A stretch of 20,314 bases of DNA from Ginkgo biloba. Taxonomy: Eukaryota > Plantae > Ginkgophyta. The stretch covers positions 460,386 to 480,699 of the forward strand of contig JANKJI020000004.1 in the NCBI GenBank assembly GCA_024626585.2. The letters are read 5' to 3'. How positions within the stretch are numbered: position 1 is the stretch's first letter; each line of letters opens with the position of its first letter. Made by a program: the position numbers and the translations under genes. Below the pieces are notes generated by a model. The model ran no database searches and was not told where the DNA came from. It was given only the letters and a program-made list of their open reading frames with translations. Shown one piece after another: positions 8,701-20,314 of this stretch.

Positions 8701-10409
8701 NNNNNNNNNNNNNNNNNNNNNNNNNNNNNNNNNNNNNNNNNNNNNNNNNNNNNNNNNNNNNNNNNNNNNNNNNNNNNNNNNNNNNNNNNNNNNNNNNNNN
8801 NNNNNNNNNNNNNNNNNNNNNNNNNNNNNNNNNNNGATGTGATTTTTTTGTGTCAGAGAATTCTAAATTTAAGACACAAGAGTGGGTAGGGGAGTTGTGA
8901 ACCCAGGGGGTGTTGTATTCTTACAGACCTATGTACGCAAGGATAGCGTAAGTAAACGTTTAATTAGTGAAAGCTATTTCACATTTTTTTAGATTAGCTA
9001 GGGATTGATTTACCAAATTTAAATAGGTGTTTAATCCAAATAATGATGATAATTTCCTCCCCTGGATCCCAACATAAATCTGGTTTTCATCTTTTCAGGG
9101 CATGATATAAATTCATGCCAATTTAGAACAAAATCTTCTACTAGTAGGTTTTGTAGCACCGGAGGCCACCAGTCCTGTTGAATGTGCAGACATATAGAAT
9201 GGCCTTCAGTCATTAGTGGTATGTTAAGTGGAATATTTTGGATAATGTTTCATTGCCTAAGTTTTCAATTTCCAGGATTTATATTTAAACAAAAGAAAAT
9301 GCACACAGATTAGAATACATTTTCTATACTCTCTCTGTATACATGTGTTTATATAAAAACACACAAAACTTAAAACTAAAGCAGATGTCTATTGCTTTTA
9401 CTAGGAATTAGCCCTGGGATTCCTTTCAACCATCAGATTCAACAATGACGTACCTTACCTTTCTGCTCTGCAAATCTATACCAACAAATCCTTCCTGAAT
9501 TTTAGGTCTGTGCATCTTTTTCACGAGTTTCTTTGATAAAATTTGTGTCCTACTAGCCGATCTAAAGCAATCAAGTTAAGCTGTTGTATGCCACGGGAAA
9601 AATTTGCTTTGTAATGAACGTCGGAAGCCAAATTTCTGGCTGAAAAATGCCTAGAAATTATTAGTTTTAGGCCATGTTTAATATTTGTCAAAAACGCTAA
9701 AATGCAGAGAAATGAATATGCTTTTTAGTTGAAAATCCTATAAACTATTCTCAAATACCAATGTTTGGGCTTTTGTGCTCCAAGCTGTGAATTTGAACTA
9801 AATAATGATCAAATAAGTGAATTCTATTCAAACTTATAGTGAAATAATGGTTAAATATTGTAGGAACAACAATGGATGAACATGTACTTGCAAGATGTAA
9901 ACAGAATATAGAAGATGAAGAAAAAATAACCCGAAATGGTGCAAATAACAGAGAAACCATAGATTTAGGAAAGTATGATGAATTGCTAGGAAACCATAGA
10001 TAAGTACAAAAGGTAATATCATATTTATTGAGTTAGAAGCTTTGAGAGAGGGCCCACGACATATGTTGAGATTTGTGGCTTCCTATAGTTGCGGGGCTGC
10101 CTTGGAGCAATTGCTCTGTTCTGGAAATCAAAATAAATCTTTCCCATTTCTTTTACTTCCGTTGACAATTTCTTCTCAATAATTCTTTGGATTGAATACC
10201 AATTGCAGATACAAGAGTTGTATCTAAGATACAACTTGAAATGCTTTAAGAAAGCATATATCTCGTAACTTGAAATACAAGGTGAAACATAATTATTTTA
10301 AGGCAAGAAATAATATTATTGAGACCCAAAATGGGAATAACTAAAATAATATGTATTAAGTTAATAATTTATAATAAGAAATAGTATTTTATGTAAAATC
10401 ATCAAATGC

Positions 10410-10717
10410 TATAGGAAACAAGGGTCGTGGGGCACCTGCCACCATAATTGACCATTGGGAGCACCTGCTACCCAATGTGGTCTAGGTCTTCTTNNNNNNN
10501 NNNNNNNNNNNNNNNNNNNNNNNNNNNNNNNNNNNNNNNNNNNNNNNNNNNNNNNNNNNNNNNNNNNNNNNNNNNNNNNNNNNNNNNNNNNNNAATATTG
10601 CAATGATTGTACATGCGAGCAAGATGGTAGGCAAGTGGAATGATAATGTGTAGGTCTAGGTTTGAATCTCAGAGAGGGTGGACTTGCAACATATTTTGGC
10701 AAACAACATTGCTAGAA
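10410..10717 (+). mobile_element. Degenerate 5' LTR end and primer-binding site of a Ty3/gypsy-like element
   Basis: ...CAACA (10687-10691) TATTT TGGC...ATTGCTAGAA, resembling a decayed tRNA-Asp PBS (TGGCGCCGTTGCCGGGGA). The same 15-mer AACATATTTTGGCAA occurs at 19105-19119. Left boundary uncertain (contains a 100-N gap). Confidence 0.4.
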
Positions 10718-11140
10718 TTTTTTTTCGTCGAATCATTCACATAAAAAATTATGCAATGATGGGTTGTTTGTCACCCAGATAGACAACGCCATTCCATTGA
10801 GCTATTTCTTACACAAATATAGGTCTAAAGAAATAGTTATCATTAATACATCTTGTTCAGATAAAAGGGTTATAGGGATTCATGGAAACCACTTATTTGT
10901 AACTCTTAAAACTTACAATTTATAAATTTTGTGGTATTTTGAATGTATTTGATAATCTATATCCATTAATACATTATTTACTTCTAATTTGATATTACTT
11001 TGTAATTATTCATGATTGAAGTTCAAAGGGGCGATAATTGCCATCTTAATTTGTAATGCATTATAAAATATTGCTAATTATCAGTTTTATAAATTCTTTA
11101 AGTTGTATAGTTTAATGTTTTAAGTTTTTTTGACTTATTG

Positions 11141-11551
11141 AAAGGGTGGTTCATGATGATAAATGTTATCACCGACCAAGGGACACTATATCTATGGGTA
11201 GAGTATTTGAAGGTGCAGTTGCATGAATCCATCCCATAGACATTGCAAAAAGGTAACCCTTTTTGCATGTCAAATTTACTAATTTCTTTAGTACTGATGA
11301 AGTATCCACCATTAGGTACTGTAGATAGAATTCCCATCGGTTAATATTTTTGGTATTATGACCACCGATAGAACAAATAAGTGAAAGATAAATATACCAT
11401 GATGATGTTGGATTGGAAGGATAGAGTGTATGGTGGATCATTCATAACCATGAGAGTGCCAAGGGGATTTAACTTGCACTATTTCCAAGGAGACAATCCA
11501 TAGATGTAGTTATTTTTAGAGTTGGATTCAATAAAGATCAAATGTCTAAGG
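11141..11551 (+). pseudogene. Decayed retrotransposon extra ORF (plant-mobile-domain-like)
   Basis: One frame reads KGWFMMINVITDQGTLYLWVEYLKVQLHESIP*TLQKGNPFCMSNLLISLVLMKYP..., matching the W..I..I..G..W...L...L...F.MS.LL pattern recalled from plant LTR-element extra ORFs. Several in-frame stops. Confidence 0.5.
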
Positions 11552-12009
11552 NNNNNNNNNNNNNNNNNNNNNNNCTTACATCATAACATGGGTGCATCTA
11601 AAGGGGAATATAACTGATAGATGGGGAAGACACTGCAAGAAGTCCCTAGATCTCCATTACTAAAATTGACATCAATTTTGGGAGAAGCATCATAAAATAG
11701 GACTCTAAATAAGAGGAAAGAGAAAGAGTAAGAGATGGATAAAGATAAAAATAAGAAGAATCCACCACCAAGTGAGGAAGAAGAGGAAGAATAAGAAAAA
11801 GAGGAACAATTAAAGAGAAGATCAAAGAAACAAANNNNNNNNNNNNNNNNNNNNNNNNNNNNNNNNNNNNNNNNNNNNNNNNNNNNNNNNNNNNNNNNNN
11901 NNNNNNNNNNNNNNNNNNNNNNNNNNNNNNNNNNTATAATGAAAATGATTGTCCCGTTAATTTTATCAAAATGGCACTCAAATCCTAATAGAAATACTTT
12001 GTAGTGACA

Positions 12010-12213
12010 TGCATAGATAAAGACTTGTTAAAATTCAATGCTCTTGGATCTGCATTATATAGAATTCCTTAACAGTGGTACATCCATTTAGAGAAAAAAA
12101 ATGAAGTTTAAAATTGGAAGAAGTTACATATGGGTTTAATTGAGCTTTGTTTTCAAGAACAAGTTCAATCTCAAAATATTAGGCAATTGGTCATACAAAA
12201 AATCGTACACTTT
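12010..12213 (+). pseudogene. Degenerate Ty3/gypsy gag (Retrotrans_gag-like) fragment
   Basis: Frame reads ALGSALYRIP*QWYIHLEKKNEV*NWKKLHMGLIELCFQEQ..., fitting the L...P..WY..L......W..L...F gag capsid pattern. Two stops. Confidence 0.55.
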
Positions 12214-12286
12214 AGATTTAGTAAAGCGGATCGAAAGGATTGTTGGTCGACAAAGACAAAGGAGTTAGAAAAACTAATTTTATAAC

Positions 12287-13571
12287 ATGTTCCCTTCACA
12301 AACCTATGATGACCCTTTCACCTGCTCCCCATGGCATTTGAAATATACAATAATGGCCTCTATTTCCCTATGGTCTCACACCAGTCTTGCTTCACATTTT
12401 CACTGTCTCAACAAGCCTTGTAGCCTTCAACAATGGTGTCCCATCATTCTTACAACTCCTACCAAGCCTTGGTGTTTTGATTCCTCACCAAGACCTCCAA
12501 GCAACCTGTGACTTAGCTCCAGTGAGCTCTAGTCACCCTGATGAGCTCCAAATAATATCTTCACCTGCTTGCAATGGCGTCATAGACTACCAACAACATC
12601 ACCGAGATGGTACCTCACAATTTTATATCTTCTATGTTTATTTCATCACTCAGGCCTCGACGTCACATACTTTACCATCCTTAAAAAAAACCCTCTGACT
12701 AGCCTTTTGCACCAATCACTCAATGTTCAACCTTTGGCATCCTAGTTGGATGGTGTTCCTCCTACAAGCTCCATAGGCCAACAAATTGTGTCCTTTAAAT
12801 ATTTTCTCTCATAATTAGAACTTAAACATTGATCTCCCTGTAACCTTCTGAACACCCATAGATTTTTCTTTGAAGTGTAGCCTGCTACATACATTCAACA
12901 AAATCCATAATTTTCATGGAGTTATCCTACAACCACTTCACACTCAAGAACACAAAATAACTTGTATTCTCTTTACATAAATTTTCAACAATTTGTAATA
13001 AAATATAGAATTCTCAAAAAATTCTCTAAATCAAGAATTCTTTACGAACACCACATAAAATACATTCACCAATATTTCCATAAACCTGTAAACAATATAC
13101 AATATTCCTAAATACCTTCAAGAGTTTTAATTAGACAAATAATTCAAACAATANNNNNNNNNNNNNNNNNNNNNNTTGTAAAAACAACAAACCAAATCCT
13201 AGTACAGGCTAAGGATTTCCCTAAGCTCTGATACCAAATGTGAAAAATAAACAAGAATACTAGAATTGATCTAATACCCCACAAAAGAACACAGACATAT
13301 AAATCTAGTAGAATTGGTCTACCTTCAATTCATTAACTCTACATTAGCTTTGTACATAGCCCCAGGGTGTATTTATACATTTNNNNNNNNNNNNNNNNNN
13401 NNNNNNNNNNNNNNNNNNNNNNNNNNNNNNNNNNNNNNNNNNNNNNNNNNNNNNNNNNNNNNNNNNNNNNNCTTTAACCCTTTGAATGGACATAGGTCTC
13501 ACGACATTAGGTCATGACCCTATTTATATTAATTCACATGTAAACATTACAAATAGATAAATATTCTAACA
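12287..13571 (-). mobile_element. Truncated LTR retrotransposon: 5' LTR (13571-13239), iMet PBS and decayed internal/gag region
   Basis: The minus strand reads TGTTAG...(TATAAATA near 13370-13377)...TTCACA-TT-TGGTATCAGAGC. The internal region is purine-rich on the minus strand with a weak zinc-knuckle-like remnant (YFKCHGE) near 12320-12345. Internal boundary approximate. Confidence 0.7.
13225..13236 (-). mobile_element. Primer-binding site complementary to initiator tRNA-Met
   Basis: GCTCTGATACCA on plus equals TGGTATCAGAGC on minus, 2 nt from a CA LTR terminus. Confidence 0.88.
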
Positions 13572-13981
13572 TTTCCCAACAACAAACTAGTGAGAACCCA
13601 CTATATGTCTAACTAACTATATAATAAAAAAGAAATATTATAGAGACACAAATGCATAAATAAATGTTATAAAGTAAAATAAAAAAGAATATAAACTCCT
13701 ATGCTAACAATGAGACAATTTACCCACACTCTATGTTGGCGTAGGGTGCCATCCACCCAACTATGTCATGGTTTAGAGAACATAGGTTACCTAATAACAA
13801 CCTTCTAGTAAGGAAGAGAAATTATCCAATCTTCATTAATCTTAAGGAAGTCTTTTACATATCAAAGAGGTCACCAATAATCGACGACGCTTCCATACAA
13901 CCAATAGGAATCGATTCATTATCCATAACATCCATACTTTCGCTTTGATTATAAGTAACTTCCCATCAACTGATGGAAAGC

Positions 13982-14323
13982 TAAATACACCTAAGATGAA
14001 AGTAATTGTCACTTACATTAATTGCATACATACAATAAAATGATATGTGCAAGTACCTTACAAGTAATCATTACATGATATCACATAACTCTGTGCCTTT
14101 ACCTTTGTTGTTTTAAATGTCTACTTACAATTGAGATGCAAATACGTATCTCATTTCTCGCTTTTGGTTCTTTCCACTCATTGCAACTACTTAGTCAAGT
14201 CGCGTGACACTTGTAATGCTTTAACAAATCTTGCCCATTATTACTTACGCTCAAAATGCAAGTGAGCATGCACTTGCACCTAACATGAAAGTAGCTACTT
14301 TACTCGCACCTGATGTGCAAGTA
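13982..14323. repeat. Array of degenerate 23-bp palindromes, consensus TACTTGCA-N7-TGCAAGTA
   Basis: Copies at 13982-14004, 14122-14144, 14242-14264, 14271-14293, 14301-14323. Confidence 0.6.
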
Positions 14324-14537
14324 ATCTTTTCCATCAACCATTGCTACTCATGTATAAACAGATGCATCATTATCCTCACCATTTCATCCAAAGAATAAAA
14401 AGACTCAAAGATCATCCATGTCCTTTTCCAATCACCAATTAATGTAANNNNNNNNNNNNNNNNNNNNNNNNNNNNNNNATACAGAAAGGGATGATAAAAC
14501 TAAGCCAATGATGGGGACTAATTAAACCCCAAAAATC

Positions 14538-14715
14538 TTCATAAATTTACAAACTAATTCATGATTTTTCAGTTTCCTTCACAGGTTAGTAGTTAATGGA
14601 TGTGGAACTTCACAAGCTTGAAGAACTAGAAATTCATAAGGTTTTAGTTTTCTTCACAGGTTAGCAATCAATGGGATGTGTGCTTCATAATATGAAGAAC
14701 TAAAATTCTATAAGA
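14538..14715. repeat. ~75-bp tandem repeat, about 2.3 copies
   Basis: CTTCACAGGTTAG at 14577-14589 and 14652-14664, each followed by ...ATGG(G)ATGTG...CTTCA...TGAAGAACTA. Confidence 0.8.
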
Positions 14716-15828
14716 TGGCCTATTTGTAATAAGCACCATGAGTAACTTAGTGAGTATGAGGTTTGAATACTATATATATGGGTTGTTTGGAAGACCAATT
14801 CTTTTTTTTTTTATTTGTATGTCCCATAACCTATGTAATAATATCACTAATGTTCTAGTTTGAACTTTTTCCATGTATTGTAATAACCTAAATATTGAGG
14901 CATTGCATTACAAACATAAATTTTGAGTAGCTAACATTATAGGTTATGTTCATGCACACTCACTATTATTATCTTTCAAGTTTTATATATATGACTAGCA
15001 TTAGTAAACCCCAAATGCATAATCAATTAGAAAAACCATAATACAATTCATTATTTCATATAAAAGAAATCTTGTNNNNNNNNNNNNNNNNNNNNNNNNN
15101 NNNNNNNNNNNNNNNNNNNNNNNNNNNNNNNNNNNNNNNNNNNNNNNNNNNNNNNNNNNNNNNNNNNNNNNNNNNNNNNNNNNNNNNNNNNNNNNNNNNN
15201 NNNNNNNNNNNNNNNNNNNNNNNNNNNNNNNNNNNNNNNNNNNNNNNNNNNNNNNNNNNNNNNNNNNNNNNNNNNNNNNNNNNNNNNNNNNNNNNNNNNN
15301 NNNNNNNNNNNNNNNNNNNNNNNNNNNNNNNNNNNNNNNNNNNNNNNNNNNNNNNNNNNNNNNNNNNNNNNNNNNNNNNNNNNNNNNNNNNNNNNNNNNN
15401 NNNNNNNNNNNNNNNNNNNNNNNNNNNNNNNNNNNNNNNNNNNNNNNNNNNNNNNNNNNNNNNNNNNNNNNNNNNNNNNNNNNNNNNNNNNNNNNNNNNN
15501 NNNNNNNNNNNNNNNNNNNNNNNNNNNNNNNNNNNNNNNNNNNNNNNNNNNNNNNNNNNNNNNNNNNNNNNNNNNNNNNNNNNNNNNNNNNNNNNNNNNN
15601 NNNNNNNNNNNNNNNNNNNNNNNNNNNNNNNNNNNNNNNNNNNNNNNNNNNNNNNNNNNNNNNNNNNNNNNNNNNNNNNNNNNNNNNNNNNNNNNNNNNN
15701 NNNNNNNNNNNNNNNNNNNNNNNNNNNNNNNNNNNNNNNNNNNNNNNNNNNNNNNNNNNNNNNNNNNNNNNNNNNNNNNNNNNNNNNNNNNNNNNNNNNN
15801 NNNNNNNNNNNNNNNNNNNNNNNNNNNN

Positions 15829-16580
15829 CCCACCAATTGAGTCGCCGGTGCCAAGACCACTTACGTGAAGCATAAAATCCTAGAGCAAAGAAGGAAAAGG
15901 TTTTTTTTTTTTGTTAGTTGCTTAGTTGTTGTTGTTGGGGAACGAGTGGCAGAGAAGGAACAAATCATCGAGTGAAAGGCAGTTCCCTACAAGCAATCAA
16001 GTGGAGAAGAACCTAGACAGATCATTGAGTGTGAGGCAGTCTAAGGAAGATTGATGTGTAGTTGAGGTCGTGAACACCTACAAGGTCCAAGTGTTGGAGC
16101 CAAAGAATCAACGCTCAATGTCAGTGTAATCTAGTTGAGCAGACCTAAGTAAAATTGTCGATAGAGGCAACTCAGGGTAGAGATGAATACTCAATAGAAT
16201 GGCAAGATTGAGGTAATCAGAAAAGGCATTGAGGATTTTTCCACAATGCAAGCTAATTGAGCAGAACTTAGTAGAACCACCAATGGAGGCAACTTAAGAG
16301 ACTATTATACTTGTTGTGAATTATTTAGTTATTGGAATATGTTGCATTTACCCTTCGATAGTGAGGAAGAGCTAAGGTGGTTGTTTGTAATGACCAAAAG
16401 ATGTTGACTAATATCATCCTCGATTTTTATTCCCCATGAGGATTTCTCTAATTCAAAAGAGTGTCTTTGTATGTGCATATTGAATTTGGTTACTTTATGT
16501 ATGTTGTATTATGTATTGATCCTCACTTGTTGTTAGCATCATTGAGTGTTCGTTACTTTACTATGCTTATGTATGCATCA
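15829..16580 (+). mobile_element. LTR-like remnant with internal ~50-bp direct repeat
   Basis: CTAGTTGAGCAGACCTAAGTA...GAGGCAACT (from ~16131) vs CTAATTGAGCAGAACTTAGTA...GAGGCAACT (from ~16253), followed by a TG-rich U5-like tail ending CATCA. No clear PBS. Confidence 0.35.
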
Positions 16581-18399
16581 GGGGTTGCCTCACCTATTGA
16601 CAAATTTTGACAGGCAACCGCATCCAACATAGGGGATGACCCAGCGATGATGTCAGTGTAGCTTATCTGCTAAGGTCTTGGGGGCGGCTAGTGACAACTC
16701 CAATTTTCCTAAACCTGACAGTGTTAAGATCGTTGCATTTATTTTAGTCATCCACCGGCTGCATCAATACATGCCCAAGTATTTNNNNNNNNNNNNNGTT
16801 GTTTAATAGAATAACTATGGCACTATATTTATGGCAATGTCTATGTGGCCAACAATCTCCCCATTAATACCTTGGACCTCACGCGAAAACCATTAAGTGG
16901 AAAAATCACAAGTGGAAATGTTATAATTTCACTAGGTGAAATTACAATAAAAAATAACCATTCTTCACCCGAATTTGAACCTATGCCCTATGATTCAAAC
17001 CTGTGCCATGTCATTTTCTAGTTCAATAGATTACCATCATGCCTACATGGAACCTTTTTTTTTTTTTTTTTTCTTGTATTTCCACCTAAAGTGACAATTT
17101 CGTNNNNNNNNNNNNNNNNNNNNNNNNNNNNNNNNNNNNNNNNNNNNNNNNNNNNNNNNNNNNNNNNNNNNNNNNNNNNNNNNNNNNNNNNNNNNNNNNN
17201 NNNNNNNNNNNNNNNNNNNNNNNNNNNNNNNNNNNNNNNNNNNNNNNNNNNNNNNNNNNNNNNNNNNNNNNNNNNNNNNNNNNNNNNNNNNNNNNNNNNN
17301 NNNNNNNNNNNNNNNNNNNNNNNNNNNNNNNNNNNNNNNNNNNNNNNNNNNNNNNNNNNNNNNNNNNNNNNNNNNNNNNNNNNNNNNNNNNNNNNNNNNN
17401 NNNNNNNNNNNNNNNNNGTTAGCATGATCTTCAAAGGAGAAAGAGGGGTCAACATCAACCTCACTACCTATGCAACTCGTTGCACACTAATAGAGGCTAT
17501 TGATGGCCCAACAACACTAATAACATTGAACGAGATGACAACAAGGTACATAAGGCTAAGAGATACCAACAATTTTAGTTCTCTCGTATCTTGGCTATTG
17601 AAATAAGATAATGGGATGTTTGCATGGTTGTTGGAATTTGAGGACAAGATCTCCATGTCTTTTCAAAAGAGTTTAACAACATAAATCTATTAATTACATG
17701 GTTCTTCCTTGTTGTCTTAGGTCATAGGATAGGTAAGACCGACTTCATAAATATGTAACTATAATAGAACCACTTAACAATGGTAAACATGCATATTTAA
17801 ATTTTATTCCTATTGTAGAAATAATAAAGATGAGTTTGATTTAATCTCTGCATGTCTCTCTTACTAATTCTATAGTTATTTTAGTATGAGGGTTTTGATT
17901 CATTTACAAATAGTAGGATTATAAGATAGAGGTGTAAAGGGTAGGTTTTAGTGGGATCTTGTATTTTATTATGCTCCAGTATTGATTATATGTTTAAGGA
18001 AAGTAGTATAACAGAAAAATCAATTGTCATACAATTTAAGTTTCATGGGAAAAAAAATTCCAAGTAACTTGTATTCAATAGACCTAATCACTCTTTACTC
18101 AGTATAGAAAAATAAAGGCTAATACTTATTCTTTCTTTGAAGATAGTACCACATGCACTTGTAGGAAAAAATATGGTAATTACTAATCTCAATATACAAT
18201 GCCTTAGAAGCAAAAATTTTCATAAATGCAATATTAATCTAATCCATATCCACAAGTTAGGAGTTTCATATGCTACCTTGTATAAGAAATCAATACACAG
18301 AATATCTACCATATATAAATAAAAATGTCTATAAGCATACAATAATTTAAACTAAACAACATGAACCATACTAGTCCTATTTCCATAGCCTATGCAGGG

Positions 18400-19131
18400 C
18401 CATGACATATTTTGACTTTTGCTATGTATTGTAATGCAAATTCTAGACATGCATGGGTCAAGTAATAATAGCAAATTTTCCCTTTGATGTTCAAACTGAG
18501 ATAATATCAAATATTTGAGAAATCCTTGTCTCTACCCGCACTCACCTATTTGACAACAAATGCATAACATCATAGTTAATATATGTGAAATATTATATCT
18601 TCTTTTCTAAAGAAGATCTCACTTTTTGTGCAAGAGGGCACTTAGATCCAAGAACTATCCCCATTCTCTTGTAAGACTAAGTTGAAGGATTACAAGTTTC
18701 CAATTAGGATCATTGAGTTGCGATTCAACTTGTGGATGAATCGTTTATCATAAACTATTATTACCCTTTTTAACATATTTTTCCACATAACCTATCCTTG
18801 TAACACTTCCCAAGTTAACCCATTGAGTGTCACCATCATCTTATATGTACCCCTTTTATGCAAAGGTAAAAGGGGGAACCTACTTCTATGGCATGCATAC
18901 ACTATCTTATTCATTTTCTTGAAGATCATCATTACAATGCATCATTTTCTCTCCATATATGTCTTAACTATCATGTTCTAGTGTATTCTCTTGATTTAGT
19001 TATGCATTATTTTATATTAAGCATATTTTTTCCATAAAGAACCCTCATTGTCCTTTAATATGTTTTTTATAGGAATCATTTATTGGGGAGTGGTATTTGT
19101 CTCTAACATATTTTGGCAACCATACTAGGGA
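18400..19131 (+). mobile_element. LTR 3' end plus degenerate tRNA-Asp-type PBS (Athila-like gypsy)
   Basis: TAACA (19104-19108) TATTT TGGCAACCATACTAGGGA (19114-19131), which resembles TGGCGCCGTTGCCGGGGA after CpG/CHG deamination. Left boundary is a guess. Confidence 0.5.
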
Positions 19132-20314
19132 AATGCCCACACTTTCCCATCATTCATTCTTGTGAATATTTGTTAACAAATTTCTTGTAGGTCTTTTACT
19201 AGTCACTTTATCCAACAACCATGCAACCTGCACCATTTGTTGGAACTATTATAGGCACAACAATTGGGTTTCCCACTGTACAAAACTTTTTCAGCCAAAC
19301 AAAAAATATAAAGGATACTACCAATTGATGTGGTCGCTTTTTCCTTGGCATCGCACCTTTATCCTCTATATGGGTATTTTTTATACTACAANNNNNNNNN
19401 NGTGCCATAATTTTTCCTCTCTAACACTATATCTTTCTCCTAATGTGATTTATTCGTAGATCTAACAACTTTAGTCTAATTTTTTTGTGAATAGTTACAT
19501 TTCAACAATCCAATATGATAGATTCAAACAACATATTTATGAATGAGCCTTTTCAATTTATTTTGGGGTCCATTTATATAGCCTTTTTCCATCGAAAATG
19601 GATATGGGACCACCACACCACATCCAAGCATCTATGTTATGTAGTTGATTATACATCCAAAATTTTAACAACAAATCATTTACTAAAATCCTTTCAATAG
19701 TTGCTCTCATTTTTAATAATAGTTTCTTTTTCTTTTCACTGATACTCAAACCATCGTGGGCAAACCCATTGGACAACAACCATGCTCATACTTTTCAAGC
19801 ACTTTTTAGGAATATATAGTTAGATAGTTATCATAGTGGATGCACTTTTAATGGGACATTTTACCATTAACAATAACAACTTCAACTAGCCATCAACATT
19901 AACCCCGTAGTTGATACACTACTACACATTTTATAATTATCCTCCCATTATTATTATCACATTAACATTTTATATTACCATGAATATGGGACTCGTTTAT
20001 AATTATGTGGTCTCTTTTATTCTATTCCATTCCTTGCTAGAATAAGGCTCTTCTTAAAGACTTTGACCCCTTAATTCATTGCATTCACATGGGCCTCAAT
20101 ATTTGGAGGACATATTTTATTATCCTTTTAAGTACCTTATCTGATATAAATTGACCTTAGGGAACATCTCAAGTCAACTCCCAAGTTCTACCACCATCTT
20201 ATATATACCCTTTTTATCTAGAGGTGTTCTTCTAATATCTTGTCTTGAGAATGCTACCTTCATTTTGTTTCCCTCCCTTTATAGGGAGGATTATGGATTT
20301 TTCTTGAATATCAC

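Larger units (their letters stand above)
629..19401. other. Assembly gaps or masked runs (13 N-blocks, ~3.2 kb total)
   Basis: N-runs at 629-737, 1291-2062, 7980-8835, 10494-10593, 11552-11574, 11835-11934, 13154-13175, 13383-13471, 14448-14478, 15076-15828, 16785-16797, 17104-17417, 19392-19401. The two exact 100-N runs look like unknown-size gap placeholders. Confidence 0.95.

Noticed and set aside
10025-10234. ORF containing IQRIIE, similar to IQRVIQ in the CDI tail
   Set aside because: The match is only a few residues and is likely chance.
13982-14715. CRISPR-like appearance of palindromic and tandem repeats
   Set aside because: Eukaryotic context, degenerate repeats, irregular spacing and no cas genes.
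16970-17010. Two reverse B-box-like motifs (possible SINE)
   Set aside because: No A-box, tail or target-site duplication is identifiable.

Overview
Gappy (13 N-runs, about 3.2 kb), AT-rich, CpG-depleted plant nuclear DNA. The style of the decayed retroelements suggests a gymnosperm-like genome (inference). There is one credible intact gene: an intronless minus-strand ORF (3667-4893, 408 aa) with a complete CDI-family (Arabidopsis At1g64980-like, GT8-related GT-A fold) glycosyltransferase core. The core is preceded by an unusual ~112-aa extension (mitochondrial-presequence-like segment plus hydrophobic helix) and followed by a ~70-aa coiled-coil-like tail. Its only in-frame ATG before the core, and its first ~16 codons, lie inside one unit of a 3-copy ~110-117 bp tandem repeat, suggesting the targeting peptide was partly recruited from repeat DNA. 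Upstream is a CpG-rich promoter with a cluster of T(A/G)ACGGC(GTT) / MSA-like motifs, a DRE and a G-box. The rest is mostly old LTR-retrotransposon debris: two + strand LTR/PBS junctions, a PMD-like extra ORF and a gag remnant, and a minus-strand LTR with a perfect iMet PBS, plus small tandem and palindromic repeats. No RNA genes or CRISPR arrays are supportable.
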